From Camelus ferus (lineage: Eukaryota): a DNA stretch of 64,000 nt. The position numbers and the translations under genes are program-made. The stretch lies in assembly GCF_009834535.1 (NCBI RefSeq), contig NC_045696.1, positions 59,460,001 through 59,524,000 on the forward strand, written 5' to 3'. This document shows positions 51,986-64,000 of the stretch, piece after piece. Position 1 is the stretch's first letter, and each line of letters starts with the position of its first letter. Below the pieces are notes generated by a model, which was given only the letters and a program-made list of their open reading frames with translations, made no database searches and was not told the DNA's origin.

Positions 51986-52324
51986 AAGAAGAGGGGGAGG
52001 AGGAGGAGAAGGAGAAAGAGGAGAAAAAGACAACTGGAGAGTGAATGTTTTGTAAATGGGTTCCCACTACCTTTAAGATATAATCTTCTTAAAGTCAAAG
52101 GGAACGACCATGGCAGAGCATGGACAGTCACCATGGTGGCGTTACCAAAGCTGAGTTGGGAGGATTTGGGTGTACTGCTTGACACTCTCTTGTTGGTGTA
52201 TTCAACAAACTTTTGCTGTTGCATTCTCTTTGCCCTTTGCTAGACACTGAGAACAGCAAGATTCACAAGACACAAAGCTGTATTCAAGGAGCTTGTAGTT
52301 TAGCCATCCTTAAATTCATGTACC

Positions 52325-52468
52325 TAATGTGAAGAAAATTTTACCTACTAGGATATAAGCTCCTCAGGGTAGAGCTTTGTCTGTTTCATTCACATCCGTA
52401 TCTCCAGGGCCTATAAAAATGCCTGGCACCTAATTGGTGTCTAATAAATGTTTGTTGAATGAATAAAG
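52325..52468 (+). mobile_element. L2 3' terminus
   Basis: ctaggatataagctcctcagggtagag...gcctggcacc...aataaatgtttgttgaatgaataaa. Confidence 0.75.
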
Positions 52469-54389
52469 ATGTTAAGTTTGCCACAGCATCTGTCACCAAC
52501 CTGGAGCAGAGAGTGGGAGCAAGGACACAAAACTGGTAAGGCATGGCCTTTAGTTTTGAGGGAGGCCTGCAGGACGTCACTCCAACAGAAGCTGAACAGC
52601 CATTGGAAGGAAGGTGAAAGAGAGCAATGGTTTCCATCAGGGATGGGCCCGGGAACCAGGTTGCTTACAGGGTCCCCAGGTGATGCACAGTAAAGTCCAG
52701 GAACTACTGGACTGGATGATCTTTTAAGTTCCACCTGACCCTAAGCATCTTTGTTTCTGAAGTTCTTATCTTAAAGATGGAAGGACAGCCATTAAAAGGT
52801 GTCCTTCCTTGAACAGGATGAGTGTGATCCAGTGTTTGCTGTTAACACTGAGATTCCCTGAGGCAGGCCTTCTGAGGAAACCAGCACTTATAAAATACTG
52901 CGTGTATCACCAACCAGACCTATTCTTGCTAATCAAGTTGAACAGGATGCAGTGTTTATATCTCTACAAACAGCCTGGTGGGTGGAATTTCCCTTTTCTT
53001 CCAACTCAGTAGGAGGATTAGATTTATTTTCTGATCTGCTCAGGACCCATTTATTTTTCCTTGCTCTTGGCACCGTTGTCAGGATTAGACTTGTCCTAAG
53101 GAGAAAGGAGTGTGCTTTGAATTAAGCGCGGTGAAGCAGGTGCACGTGTGTAGGCAGCAGCCCTTCGTCCTGACTGCCCGCTAGAGTTACCTGAGGGGCT
53201 TTGGAAAACACCACATCTGGGCCGCACTGCCCTCAACTCTGATTTAGCTGTGCTGGGATGTAGCCCAGGAAACCTGGGTGAGATGGAGAGTCAGACTGAG
53301 AATCACTGGACCAGGCGAAGAAAATAAGCCAGCTGACATGAACCCTGGGGTCAAACTATGTAGCTATTGAATAATTAGCCTGTGGAGTTGGAGGACTTCC
53401 CTTCAAGTCAGGAGTATCCAGAGAGAAAGAGTGTCTGTCTTTACTCCCTGTTCCTTACTCCCTGCTCCAGCCTCTCTAGGTACCCTATTTACCTTTACTC
53501 ACCAGTCTCTCATCAGCCACGTTTTGGGGGCTGGCTTCTATTCAAACCAGAAACCCAGGGAAGCTCCTTGGCACGGGCAAAAGATCACTCTGCATCACTC
53601 AGTATCACTCTCATATACAATGCTGGCTCCACTCACCTGCTGCCCAGTCCCCTGGCCAGGGTCCCTTCAGAAGGGCTTTTCTGAGATGACCTGCAGGGCT
53701 TGGCTGACCACTCAGATTTCTGACACTGGCCTGGTTCAGCTTTCTCTCCTGATCATTCACTTGCTCCAGGCCCCAGATTTCCCTCCTCTGCCCCACTGCT
53801 GGTTCTCTGCCCAACACCCCTGGCACTTCTTTTCTTGGGGCCATCTGTCAGCATGTCCCATGCCCTCAAGGTATTTGCTGTGCCCTCTGAGTGTTTACCC
53901 CCTGAGCCTGTAGCTCAGTTTACCTGCACACTTTAGCATACTCACATGCAGCCAGTGCCTGCTCCTTACCAGGTCTGCAGCTGCCAAGGAGTTAATTTGT
54001 CTGAAATTCTGCCAAAGCTGACTCGTGCTTCTTCTCTGTGATCTCCTGCAGCCAAATAAAAAGCATGAAATGGTCTGTGAAACCTAGCACGTCAGATGAG
54101 ATAATGCACACGAAAGGGCTTAAGCTGTAAAGCACGACACAGTATGAAATGTGGATGGTAACAAGTAGCAGCAACGTTGCATGTGCCATTCTGGGGCATG
54201 GCTGGTAGCCAACCAGGAGCACCAGACGAGGGACAGAGACTGATCACAGGCAAGACGTTTACAAATCAGAAGATTCAAGAACTGAGAGGTCAGGACCAGA
54301 TAGACAGATGAGAAGGGAGCAGTGCAACCACACAGGTCAGAGTTCATGACACAACTAGAGGCCCAGAAATGAGGAAGAGCTAAAGGATT

Positions 54390-55140
54390 TCCATCAGCAA
54401 GTACTTTCAGTTCCCTTCAAAGTATGCCCAGAATCTGGCCACTTGTTACCACCTCTGCTGCCACCGCCCTGATCCAAGCTGCCTCTGCTCCTGCTTGCAC
54501 TGTTGTAGTGGCTCCTATCTGGTCCCCCTGCTTCCACCTTTGTTCCTTTACAGTCCATCCTCAACACAACAGCCCCAGCAATGCTGCCAAAAGTAAGGTA
54601 CATCACATCATGTCACTTCTCTGCTCAAAATGCTTTAATGTCTTCTTTTCATTCTCAGCTGACGTCCCTTGCCATGGCTTACAAGACTCTACGTGGTCTG
54701 GACCCCAGTTACCCCTCCAATGTCATCCTCCACCACCTACTCATATGCTCCAGTCTCCCTGGGCTTCTTGCTATTTTTTGAATGCTCCAAGGTCATTCCT
54801 CATGGTCTTTGACCCTGCTGTTTCCTCTACCTGGAATCTCTCTCTGTTAGTTCTCTTACTTCATTCAGGGCTAAACTCAGGTGTCACCTTTGATTTTAGG
54901 GATCAGCCTGCCGTGACTTCTCTACCTTAATTTGCACTTCCCCAACCCTATCATGCTCTATCCTTTTCCAGCTATATTTTATATAGCACTGAAATAAGAA
55001 ATATATAGTAGATAGTACTTTATTTTCTGTCTCTTCTACTAAAATGTAAGCTCCATGAGCATAGGAATTTGGTCTGTCTTGTTCCCAGCTTGCACAGTGC
55101 CTTACATTGCTGAATGAATGGTTGAATAAACAAATAAAAT
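54390..55140 (+). mobile_element. L2a 3' fragment
   Basis: ccatcagcaagt...ccagaatctggccactt...taaaatgtaagctccatgag...gaatgaatggttgaataaa. Confidence 0.8.
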
Positions 55141-55574
55141 GGCAGATTGAAGTCTCCAACAATAAAGCAAGACATGAATTAGAGGGGCAAAGAGTTGCCT
55201 TAATCCTGAGCTTTTCTATGGTTCTTTGGAGACAGAGGCCTTCTCAGGGTGACTGGCCTTGGGTTTATAGGTTTATTCCTCCAAGAAGGGAAAAGACAAG
55301 AAAAGTCCACCTGCCAGGCCCTGCCCATTCCAATCTAAGCTGTTCTGGGAATTCCAAGGGCAAGTCAAGGTCCCCAGTGGGAAGGCTTCAGGATGAAGAA
55401 ATTCTTATTGAATTCTCTCTCCAAGAGCCCTATTTCTCTGGGATATGAGTTTTTGAATCTTTGGGAGAAATTCCTCTCCGTCATCTCCCCTCTCTCTTGA
55501 GGGACTTCCTTGGCCAGCCCAACTGCTTTCACATCTATGGCAAAATAAAACATCATAGTGGGAAAAAGCATGAG

Positions 55575-55790
55575 CACTCGATGCTAACCCTGGCTCTGTG
55601 TTTCCTTCCTAGTTGTGAGATCATGGGCAAGTTATTTCAATTTTGTAGAGCTTTACCACCTCTTCTGTAGATGGAGGCTAGTGATAGTACCTATGCCAGG
55701 GATGTTGTGAGGATGAAATGTGATCATGGGTTTTAAACATAACATTTGGCATGATGCTATGCTTGGCAAATATTCAGCTCTTATCATTGT
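55575..55790 (+). mobile_element. MIR SINE
   Basis: ccctggctctg...atgggcaagttattt...ctgtagatggagg...gttgtgaggatgaaatg. Confidence 0.7.
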
Positions 55791-58700
55791 CAGGGTCCAG
55801 AGTGCTAGAAGAAGTAGTTCTCCTTGTTCGGGACAGCCTCTCACAGTTCCCATCTTCAGAGCTCTAAGCAGTTCGCAGGTTGTGCTGATGTCATGCACCA
55901 AGCTCTGAATAGCCAAGAGAACAGAGAAAGATGTGGGGGATAAACTACCAGTGAACATGTTTCCATGAAGTTTTATAGCCTCTGATTCCAACCTTTAAGG
56001 CAGCCTGAAATTACTGCAGCCTAACCCAGAAGAGCTGCATTGTTTCCACCTCTTTCCCTGCTGATGTCCCTGAATCTGATTCCAGCTGTACCCATCCCTC
56101 GCTGCCCTTTCAATCCCACAATAATGCCTCACACAAAGACGCTCACCCTTTTAAGGAAGTTTCACTCAGGGCTGAGAAAGGAAAGAGTAGGTTTCCTCTT
56201 TTACTTAAATCTGCTTCTGGGTCTCCTTGGCCCTCAGACATATGGCCAGGCGCTTGTTTTCATGGCTGCTTAATGGTTTGTGAAGCAATTACTGGAGGAA
56301 ACATTGCTATAGCAAGCCAGGCGAGAGACAGAGGGATTCACGGGCCAATGTTATCTTTGTTGATCACCAGGGCTATTCCAACTCTTTTGCTCTCTCCTCC
56401 CGACAGTGACAGATGGCTTCCACATGGTTTGACCTACTGTTTTGCCAGCCCTGACCAGATAGTCATCCATCAGCTGCCCTATTTGGCCCCCTAGAGGGCA
56501 CCCTGTGGTTTGAGGGAGACAGAAGTTCGAGGTTTCGTTGAGAGCTCACCACATCTCATAGGTGTTGTAGTAGAGTTTCGAGCATGGACAGTTCTTATTC
56601 CAGATGTTACCATCCCAGTGTCCATATGTTTCGAGGTGGGATCAGCAGGTTTACATGGTAATGTTCAACTAATTAATCATAGGCTGATGTGTTAACAGCT
56701 TCAGGACCCAAAGTGGGTTTGATACTAGCAAAGATGTAAACAATACATATGGTATTATTAATCTGGAAAAAAAGAGATGAGGTTCAGCTTTTTCCATTGC
56801 TTTGGCATGAAGCCTCTGAAAGCTGTGCGGGAAAATATCCAAATACTTCTCCTCATGGCTATCTTTAAGTGTTACAAAACAAAACCTGAAATTAATATTA
56901 CCTCTAGGACATGAGTGAAAGGTAGTTCAAGCAGAGGGGTCATGTAGATTAGGCTTCAGGAGACCTGGGTCTAGTCTCAGTTTGCCTTTTTGTTACTTTG
57001 AACATAATACTTGATTGATTTAATAGATTTTTTTTTAAGCACCTACTAGGTGGATTCAAGAAATATCTGTGTTTTATTACTTTTTTTCTAACTATAAAAT
57101 GAAATTGTTACATGGACTTGGCTTCTAGAAAACATTAAATAAAATGTGTTTATATTTCTCCCCTTATTGAAGCCTAATTTGCTCACTAAAACTTGCCTAT
57201 TTTGCTTGTACCTAAATTGTACTTTACTTGTGAAAAAAAGTGCTTTACCAAAGTAAAGAGATAAGGGGACATTTGAGTAATTACAACTTTCGTGGAATGT
57301 AACCTTACCAAATCTGTTAAAACTAAAGATACATCAAAATAATTCTTAAAACTAAAAAATATTTTAAATGCCAAATCTATTAAAATTAAAAATACCCTGC
57401 ACCCCCTAGCATTACTTATAGAGAAAAACAAACAAACAAACAAAAACTAGAAACAACATTTGTGTCTCAATAAAGAGAAAGAATTTGACAGAAGTAGAAG
57501 TTTGAACATAAATTCCCCCTTTGCTCCATTACCCATAGCATTTGATGTTTTGATGTGTTAATTTCAGGGGGAGGGAAGGGGCTGGGGGATAAAATACTAT
57601 ATATTTCCTCTGTACAGTTTTAAGAGCATTTTCCCTTAATAGTAATATATATATAAATTATTTTTTAAAAAGCTTCTCTGTGCACAGGAGAACTGAGCTG
57701 AGAAAAAGACCCTAGTGAAAACTCCCCCGCACCAGGCAGATCTCATACAGAACAGCATGGAGTAATCTTTGGTGGGCTGCGCTAGTATGCATAATGGTTT
57801 TCTCAGCTAAAGCTATACTGTTTATATATTTTGTATTTCACATTTTGATTGAACATTCAGTTTTCATTTGACCCAAATGATTTTGCTGAGAACTTGGCCC
57901 TCGGTCAGTTATCTGCCCGACCTCCCTCCCTGGACTTCCGGATTTGGAGAGTCAAGCTCTCCAGGGCTTGTCTAGAGCACTGAGCCCCTTTCAGGAAAGT
58001 GGCCCATGTGTGGGGGTTGGACTCACTTTCTGTGATGCTCTGACAGATCACAACTTCCATCTTCATGATGAGAATTTAAAAGCTGCAGCCCTGTTGGGCA
58101 GAATGGAATTGAGAACCCTGTGCCCAGGACTCATTCCTTGTAGAGATGAGACAGCTCTTCAGGGACTCCCCTCTGCCTCTCTGGAGGTGAAGATGAAAAA
58201 GCCATCCCTGTCTGACAAATTGATGGGTCTCCTCGCCTGGCCTGGGGAGGACGCTTCTGCCACCTTTGCAGTATGATCAGTGAAAAGGAGATGGGTCTGT
58301 CCCTTTGTATGAGGATAGGACATTCCCACTTCTGAGTGCTCTGGGTGTGGCTAACACAAGTCAAGGTAGTGGAAATTCCTTAATAAGAATATCCCAAGAG
58401 ACAAAGGCCTCTATTTTCCGACTTAAGGTTGAAGGGGCATGGCTCCCAGAGCAAGTCGGCTGATTCGGAATCCTCTGATCTTTCCGGGTCAAGGAAAGAC
58501 CTGTGGACAATTCAGAGCCCCAGACCCTTGAATCCTAGGGGAAGGGCATCTGCCAATAGAGAGGGTGCAGTTTGCAGGGCAGTGGCCTGACGGGCAGCTC
58601 GGACCACTTGGCCCGCTATGGGGCTGGGCCCACGGGGCAGGCTCCTGTGGAAGGGACTCTTCCTCAGGAATGGTAGGGGACCTTGTGGCATGCTCTCTGG

Positions 58701-61299
58701 GATGTATAATGAGACTCTGGACTCTGAAATATTTGCCTCTAAATGGAATAGTTGATAGATTTTTCTTTTGTTCTACTTTTTACTAATACTTTGACTGGGT
58801 TTGCCCTTAATTTGGAGAGTTAACACCTGTCTGCTGGAATTGGATGTGGGAAAACATAAGACATTCTTTGAGTTATCAGTTATATGCCAGACAACTGACT
58901 GGTTGCTTTATGTTATCTCATGTAACATACAGGAGGGAGTTTCTAATTTAGGGTGGGGACCTCTAACCAGAGGAATGTACAATCACCCCTGATTTTAGGA
59001 GTGAAATGAATGGGACTCAATACACATACTCAGAAACAATCTACTCTTCCAATCAGCCCCTGACACAGACCCTACGATTACAAAAATGATAGCTTGCATC
59101 AAATGACTATTTCTAGAAGAACCAGTATCTCTTTCAGAGTATACCACATAAGAAACTACGCTTAAAGAGAAAATTTAGCTGAGATTTTGAGTGGAAGGTT
59201 ATCATTATCTTGCAAGCAACTTTGTATGTTTTTGTAGCCAGTCAGGGCAGCGAGGAGCCAGGTTCAAAGTGAGAGCCTTTGGCAGAGCTGAAAACTTTCA
59301 AGATTCTGCCAAGCAGTTCTTTCAGCAGAATTACTCTATTCCATCGATTTTAGTTAATCACAGCAGGAGACAAGACCTCAAGAGAAGGGGCCGGCTGTCT
59401 CTCCTGTGATCTCCAATTAATGACTGCAGGAATGAAATGAGAAAATAGAAAATTTTGTGGGCACCAAAAGTGGGGGCAGATTGTAAGTATAAAAGGTTTT
59501 CAGTTAGCAAGATTTTGCTGGAATTTAGCTATTTTTCCCATTTATGACCAAAATGAGTGGAGGAGAGCCTTTGTGGGGAGATAGGATGGGAGATGCAACA
59601 GACCAGGCTGCAGGCACATGGCATACTGCAGGGTAGGTCGTGTTCATACCTTGGACTATGTGCTACTTTGTATAATGCCTAGTAACTGGCAGCACTGCTA
59701 TAGTGCGGGCTTTAAATTAATAAAGCAGTATTGAGATAAGGGTTTAAGAAGATACTCACTAAGCCAGAACTATTAGTCATGTTGTCAACTTCTGGCCTGG
59801 GAAGCTGGTTAGTCTAGGCAGCTGGGCTCAGGGGGAGGGGTTGCAGAGAAGAAGGGGAGGAGCGCAGCCGTCCCTTGGTCCCCCAGCTCCAGCTGTGGCC
59901 TTCACACGACAGGACGGAGAGCAGAGCCAGACTGAGGGCTGAGGCTTGGACAGCCGAGGCTGGGCTACCTGAACCCCCAGGGTGGGCCACACTACCCTCC
60001 CCAGACTTGCGCCTTGCAGCCTTCCCCTGCCAGCCCTTTAGCCAACAGAGCAGTTTTTTGAACGCATCAACCAGATCATGTTACTCTTCTGTATAAAGCC
60101 CTCCCATGGAATATGGGTACTTGAAAGCTTTATAGCCTCAGTTTACGCCCCACCTCCTCCATAGGAAAGAGTCTATGGAGGGGAGTAGATTTAGTTAGTA
60201 TTCCCCAAGGCACTGAAGAGAAGACAGAATAAGCACCCTGTTTATTCAGACTCGCAACCTTTCTCTGTCCTTTGAAGTCATATGGGACCTTCTCTGCCAT
60301 CCTCTCCTGTCGTTTGGTTTGTGACTCCAGTTTAAAATCTGTCTGCTTATTTGTCTCAAGTTCTAGGCTGGAGGAAAATGAAGACAATGATGATGAACTT
60401 GGGCAATGTGGCTTGCCTGCAGAGTTTTGTTGCTCTGCAAAGGGGCTGTAGAGAAAAATAATGAGCAGATTCATGAGTCAACATTATATTTATCCCTCTG
60501 TTGTGAGGAATACTGCCTCTACTTCTTGTGTGAAGCATAATCACTTGTTAGCTTTAGTAAGACATTTCTCTGCCCACTGATAAGCGAACACAAAGGCACT
60601 TATTGTGCTCGTCTCAATGTGAAATGTAAGCTGTGGTCTTTGTTTGTTTGTTTTTAGCTTAAGGGTTGAAGGGGGCCTTGGAGGACTGCCAATCTCACTA
60701 CCCCATTCTGTGTAGGAAGCCCCTTCCCAGCATCGTTGCCCGTGGTTTCAGATCCCTTTCCTCTGCATCTTTATACACGAGTTGCCTCTGCCTCTATTGA
60801 AGCACTTACTTCATTGTGCTTTCAATTACAGTGATTTGAGGGCTTCTCTTAAGTCTCAGCTGTGAGTCCTTCAGCCAGGATTCCTGTCTCGTCTCTCTTT
60901 GATCTCCCACAGCCCCCAACACAGAGCCTGGCCCACTCTCCATAAATATTTGAATGAGTGACAAGGTGTTAACAGCCTCCAGAGGCAGCCACAGTTCGAC
61001 GTCTCTAATAACTAGAAAGTTCTTCCTGTAAGTGAGCAGAAATTTGCCTCCCCAAGTTCCCTGTGGGAGAAAATTTAAACAGGCAGTGATGACAAAGGGT
61101 CAGGCGTCCGTAAGATGTACATGAGAGACCCTGGGGACAGGCCATGCCCTGCTCTTATTGCTGTTCTTGCTTCCTGTCTGGCCAAGGGACACAAGGAAGC
61201 CCTGCAACCCTAGAGAGATCTGGATAAATGTGTTTGGTGGGGAGAGGGGAGAGTTTCCAGGATTGAGTCCTGTCTGGAGGGATAGCTCTATCAGCTCTC

Positions 61300-61755
61300 T
61301 CATTGTCCCACCCGTATCCCCTTAGTCTGCCCTGAGGGTCATCTGCAGATAGTTCCCAAACGCAACAACACTCCCTGCCTTTCTCTGCCTGTGGTCACTC
61401 TCTGACCTTGGGAGTGTGGTTGGCTTGTGTGGAGGTCAGGCTGGAAATGCCAGGGAGTAACTCCAGGAGGGACCTTCAACCATGAGCGATGGGACTTGGC
61501 ACGTAAATACCCCACGTTCCTCATCTCCCAGTGGGATGGCTCGGAAGTGTGTTCTACATAGTCTCTCCAAAGGTTTCAGGAGGGGTGACCCCAAATGCTC
61601 ACGGCAGTCACTCACTCGTGAACACATTCTTCCTTCATTTGCCCCCCTGCCCTTTCTGAGGTGCACACTCCCTCACTGTGCTTCCTGGGATCACCCAGAT
61701 AAACAGGCTGCCCCAAATCCTTGTCTCAAGGTCTGCTCTGGGGGGAGCCCAAGAA
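61300..61755 (+). mobile_element. ERVL solo LTR (LTR16-like)
   Basis: ggaaatgccagggagt...taaatacccc...tgcttcctgggatcacccagataaac...ccaaatccttgtctcaaggtctgctctgggggagcccaa. Confidence 0.75.
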
Positions 61756-63410
61756 GGAAATTTAGGAGAAATCCGAACGTTGGTCCCTTAGAAGACAGAA
61801 CTATTTAAATTAGTATATGCCTCCCCCACCACCTTTTCTTTCCTTCTATTTCTAATTCAGAGTGGGTTTTTCTGTCAGTTCTATAAATAGAGTTTAATTT
61901 TAAGAAAAATCTGTGTTCTAACACAGAAAACCGGGCTGATAATGATTCCTAAATCTTTGAATGAGAGTTATTTCAAATAATAAGAGTTAGTAATATTCTA
62001 GTTCTATCAAGGAATGGTGCTACGTCAGAAAGATCTCAGGCCAGACTAAAGAAAGAGATTACGCGTGGGGGTCATTAGACAGCAGGGTGGATTTGTGTGT
62101 TCGAGCACTTCACTCAACCTTTTCAACTTCCACAGAGACCTTTTCAATGATGAGAGGCCTTATCAACCTGTTTCAGGTTTGGGATGAGGGGCTTGAGGTC
62201 AGGGACAGCAAAGATGAATGGGGAGCATGAAAGGAGAAGGAAAGGAAAATAAAGAGCCTTCATTAAGCTTACCCATTATTAATGAACTACCACTGAGCTA
62301 ATAGAGCCAAGAGAAAACGCTGTTGCCGAAGAGTATTTATTATCACATGAGAAGATTTGTAACAAAGAACAAAGGTGTGCAAGCCACCTGCCGCCCTGGT
62401 CCTTCTTCAGACAGACATTGTGTGAGTCAGAAAAGTTCCCTGTTGGTGCCACGTTATTACCTGATTGTTTTGACACCTCAGACAATTACTAGGAGGTAGC
62501 AGTTAAAAATAGCCATGCTCCCCATTGTCTGTGTTTGTGGGAGTTCTCTTTTATCTTGTTTCTTCCTGGGGAGTTTTCTGCCAGCCTAGTAGGGAGCAAC
62601 ACACATGGTCATGAATTTTTAATTGGCAATCAGAGATGGGAATGAATATATACAAAATACATGGTGAGAGGAGTCAGCAGGGCCAGGAGACCCCCACAGG
62701 TGCCTTTTTGGGGTCAGGTGAGGAAATATTCCCAAGTCAAGTAGGGATAAGGAAAGACCACAGACCTTATTTTTCGCATGCGTGTTGTGGCTTCACAAGC
62801 TCTCTTTATTTAAGCCCTGGCTGATGGCCAATGCCCGAGCTCTCTCGTTAGGGCAGATGGGGGCAGTGAGTGCCTGGCTTGGTGGTAGGAAGGTGGGTAG
62901 TTATAGGTGACATATATCCTTTGCCCTCTTTGATGAGCACTGTTGCCTTGTTGTGGTTGACAGTGCTGCCCTGGGTCCAGCTCACTCCTGACAGAGGTGC
63001 TTTTGCCTCCTCCCACTCTTGCTCCAGTCTGAGCCATTGCTTCCAGAGAGAAACTCTTGGAAGTACCATGCTGTCCCCTTGGCTTGACTTCATAAGATGA
63101 TGGTGAGGGTTATTAAGGTAGTCCGTGTAAAGTGACTGCATTCATGGGCATTAAGAGTTGGCACAAAAACTGAGTTGGTCCCCAGAATGAAAGTTCTCAG
63201 TTACTGTACCTGCCATCCACTGTAACTTTACATTGCAGGCAAAGACCTCCTTTGGGCCCAAAATGGATGCGTTAGTGTGACCGATGCTAGCCTCTCTCAA
63301 ACTTTTTGTTTTCGGTAGCCTCATCCCCCAAAGACTCCCCCCTGTCAAAGTGCTCCGGGGATGCCTTTTCAGCCCACCCCACTAAGCACTTGCTCTCCCT
63401 TGCTCCCCAG

Positions 63411-63602
63411 AACGCCTATGTCAACATCAACCGCATCATGTCCGTGGCATCCCGCCTCTCAGAGGCCGGCCACTACGCATCACAGCAAATCAAGCAGATT
63501 TCCACGCAGCTAGACCAGGAGTGGAAGAGCTTCGCGGCTGCTCTGGACGAGCGTAGCACCATCCTCGCCATGTCTGCAGTGTTCCATCAGAAGGCCGAGC
63601 AG
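63411..63602 (+). CDS. KALRN: Kalirin coding exon (192 nt, phase 0->0; spectrin repeat; probably exon 7)
   Basis: Acceptor ctcccttgctccccAG at 63409-63410, donor CAG|GTGAGG at 63603. Translates NAYVNINRIMSVASRLSEAGHYASQQIKQISTQLDQEWKSFAAALDERSTILAMSAVFHQKAEQ. Confidence 0.97.
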
Positions 63603-63873
63603 GTGAGGCCAAGGGAGCAGCTGCGGCTGCTGGTGGTGGCAGGCGGAGGGACAGGGGAAGGGCGGGGTGAGAGTTCACACACTGAGGTTGAGTGCCCCTC
63701 TTCTCGTTCTGAAACACCGAAGACCCTGCTGAGTAGTTGTGACAGTAACCCGTGTTCTACCACTTCCATGCCCCTTTTGTATAAAAGAGACGTTGGTAAC
63801 TCTGGGCGGCCTTATCTAACGTCCAAACAGGAAGGAACCCAGAGCTTGTGTACATTCTGCTTAGTAGTTTATT

Positions 63874-63875
<2 letters not shown>

Positions 63876-63911
<36 letters not shown>
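63876..63911 (+). repeat. (GT)18 microsatellite
   Basis: 36 bp perfect GT repeat starting 274 nt after the last exon. Confidence 0.97.
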
Positions 63912-63914
<3 letters not shown>

Positions 63915-64000
63915 ACTGCTTAGTTTGCATCCTATGAGCATAGACCAAAGGGGTGAAAGTAAACTGATCATTGAGTGCTAAGAGCAGGGGGAAGCTAATT

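Noticed and set aside
52809..52958. Direct repeat ttgaacaggatg(c)agtgt about 130 bp apart
   Set aside because: Only two copies and no recognisable element between them. Not an array or clear TSD.
7908..63602. Paralog TRIO as the gene identity
   Set aside because: Residues such as KWDLIKPLLKTLQEAFPAEIH and LTEEFDGSLDY match kalirin rather than TRIO as I recall them.
1..64000. CRISPR array, operon or prokaryotic defence-type system; remaining short ORFs in the track
   Set aside because: Spliced mammalian gene with typical interspersed repeats and no regularly spaced repeat-spacer array. The other ORFs are chance or transposon-derived.

Overview
Mammalian genomic DNA inside the KALRN (kalirin RhoGEF kinase) gene, + strand. 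A Vic-1-type tRNA SINE and artiodactyl-type L1 3' UTRs suggest a camelid. Four coding exons splice in frame with canonical AG/GT sites: 7908-8100, 11265-11777, 40114-40236 and 63411-63602. They are probably exons 4-7 of the long isoforms and encode the end of the Sec14/CRAL-TRIO domain and the first spectrin repeats. The other ~98% is intron, with L1, L2, MIR, hAT MITE, ERVL/MaLR LTR remnants and microsatellites. Repeat names and boundaries are by eye and approximate. I found no prokaryote-type system, CRISPR array or RNA gene, and no demonstrated novel system. The best leads are: a candidate in-frame cryptic exon whose 3' splice site is a (UG)34 TDP-43-type tract; an L1 with 5'UTR+ORF1 joined directly to the ORF2 C-terminus (EN/RT deleted); a 53-bp-arm fold-back hairpin near an exon; a twin-primed L1; a possible microexon/recursive splice site; and candidate enhancer/CTCF clusters.
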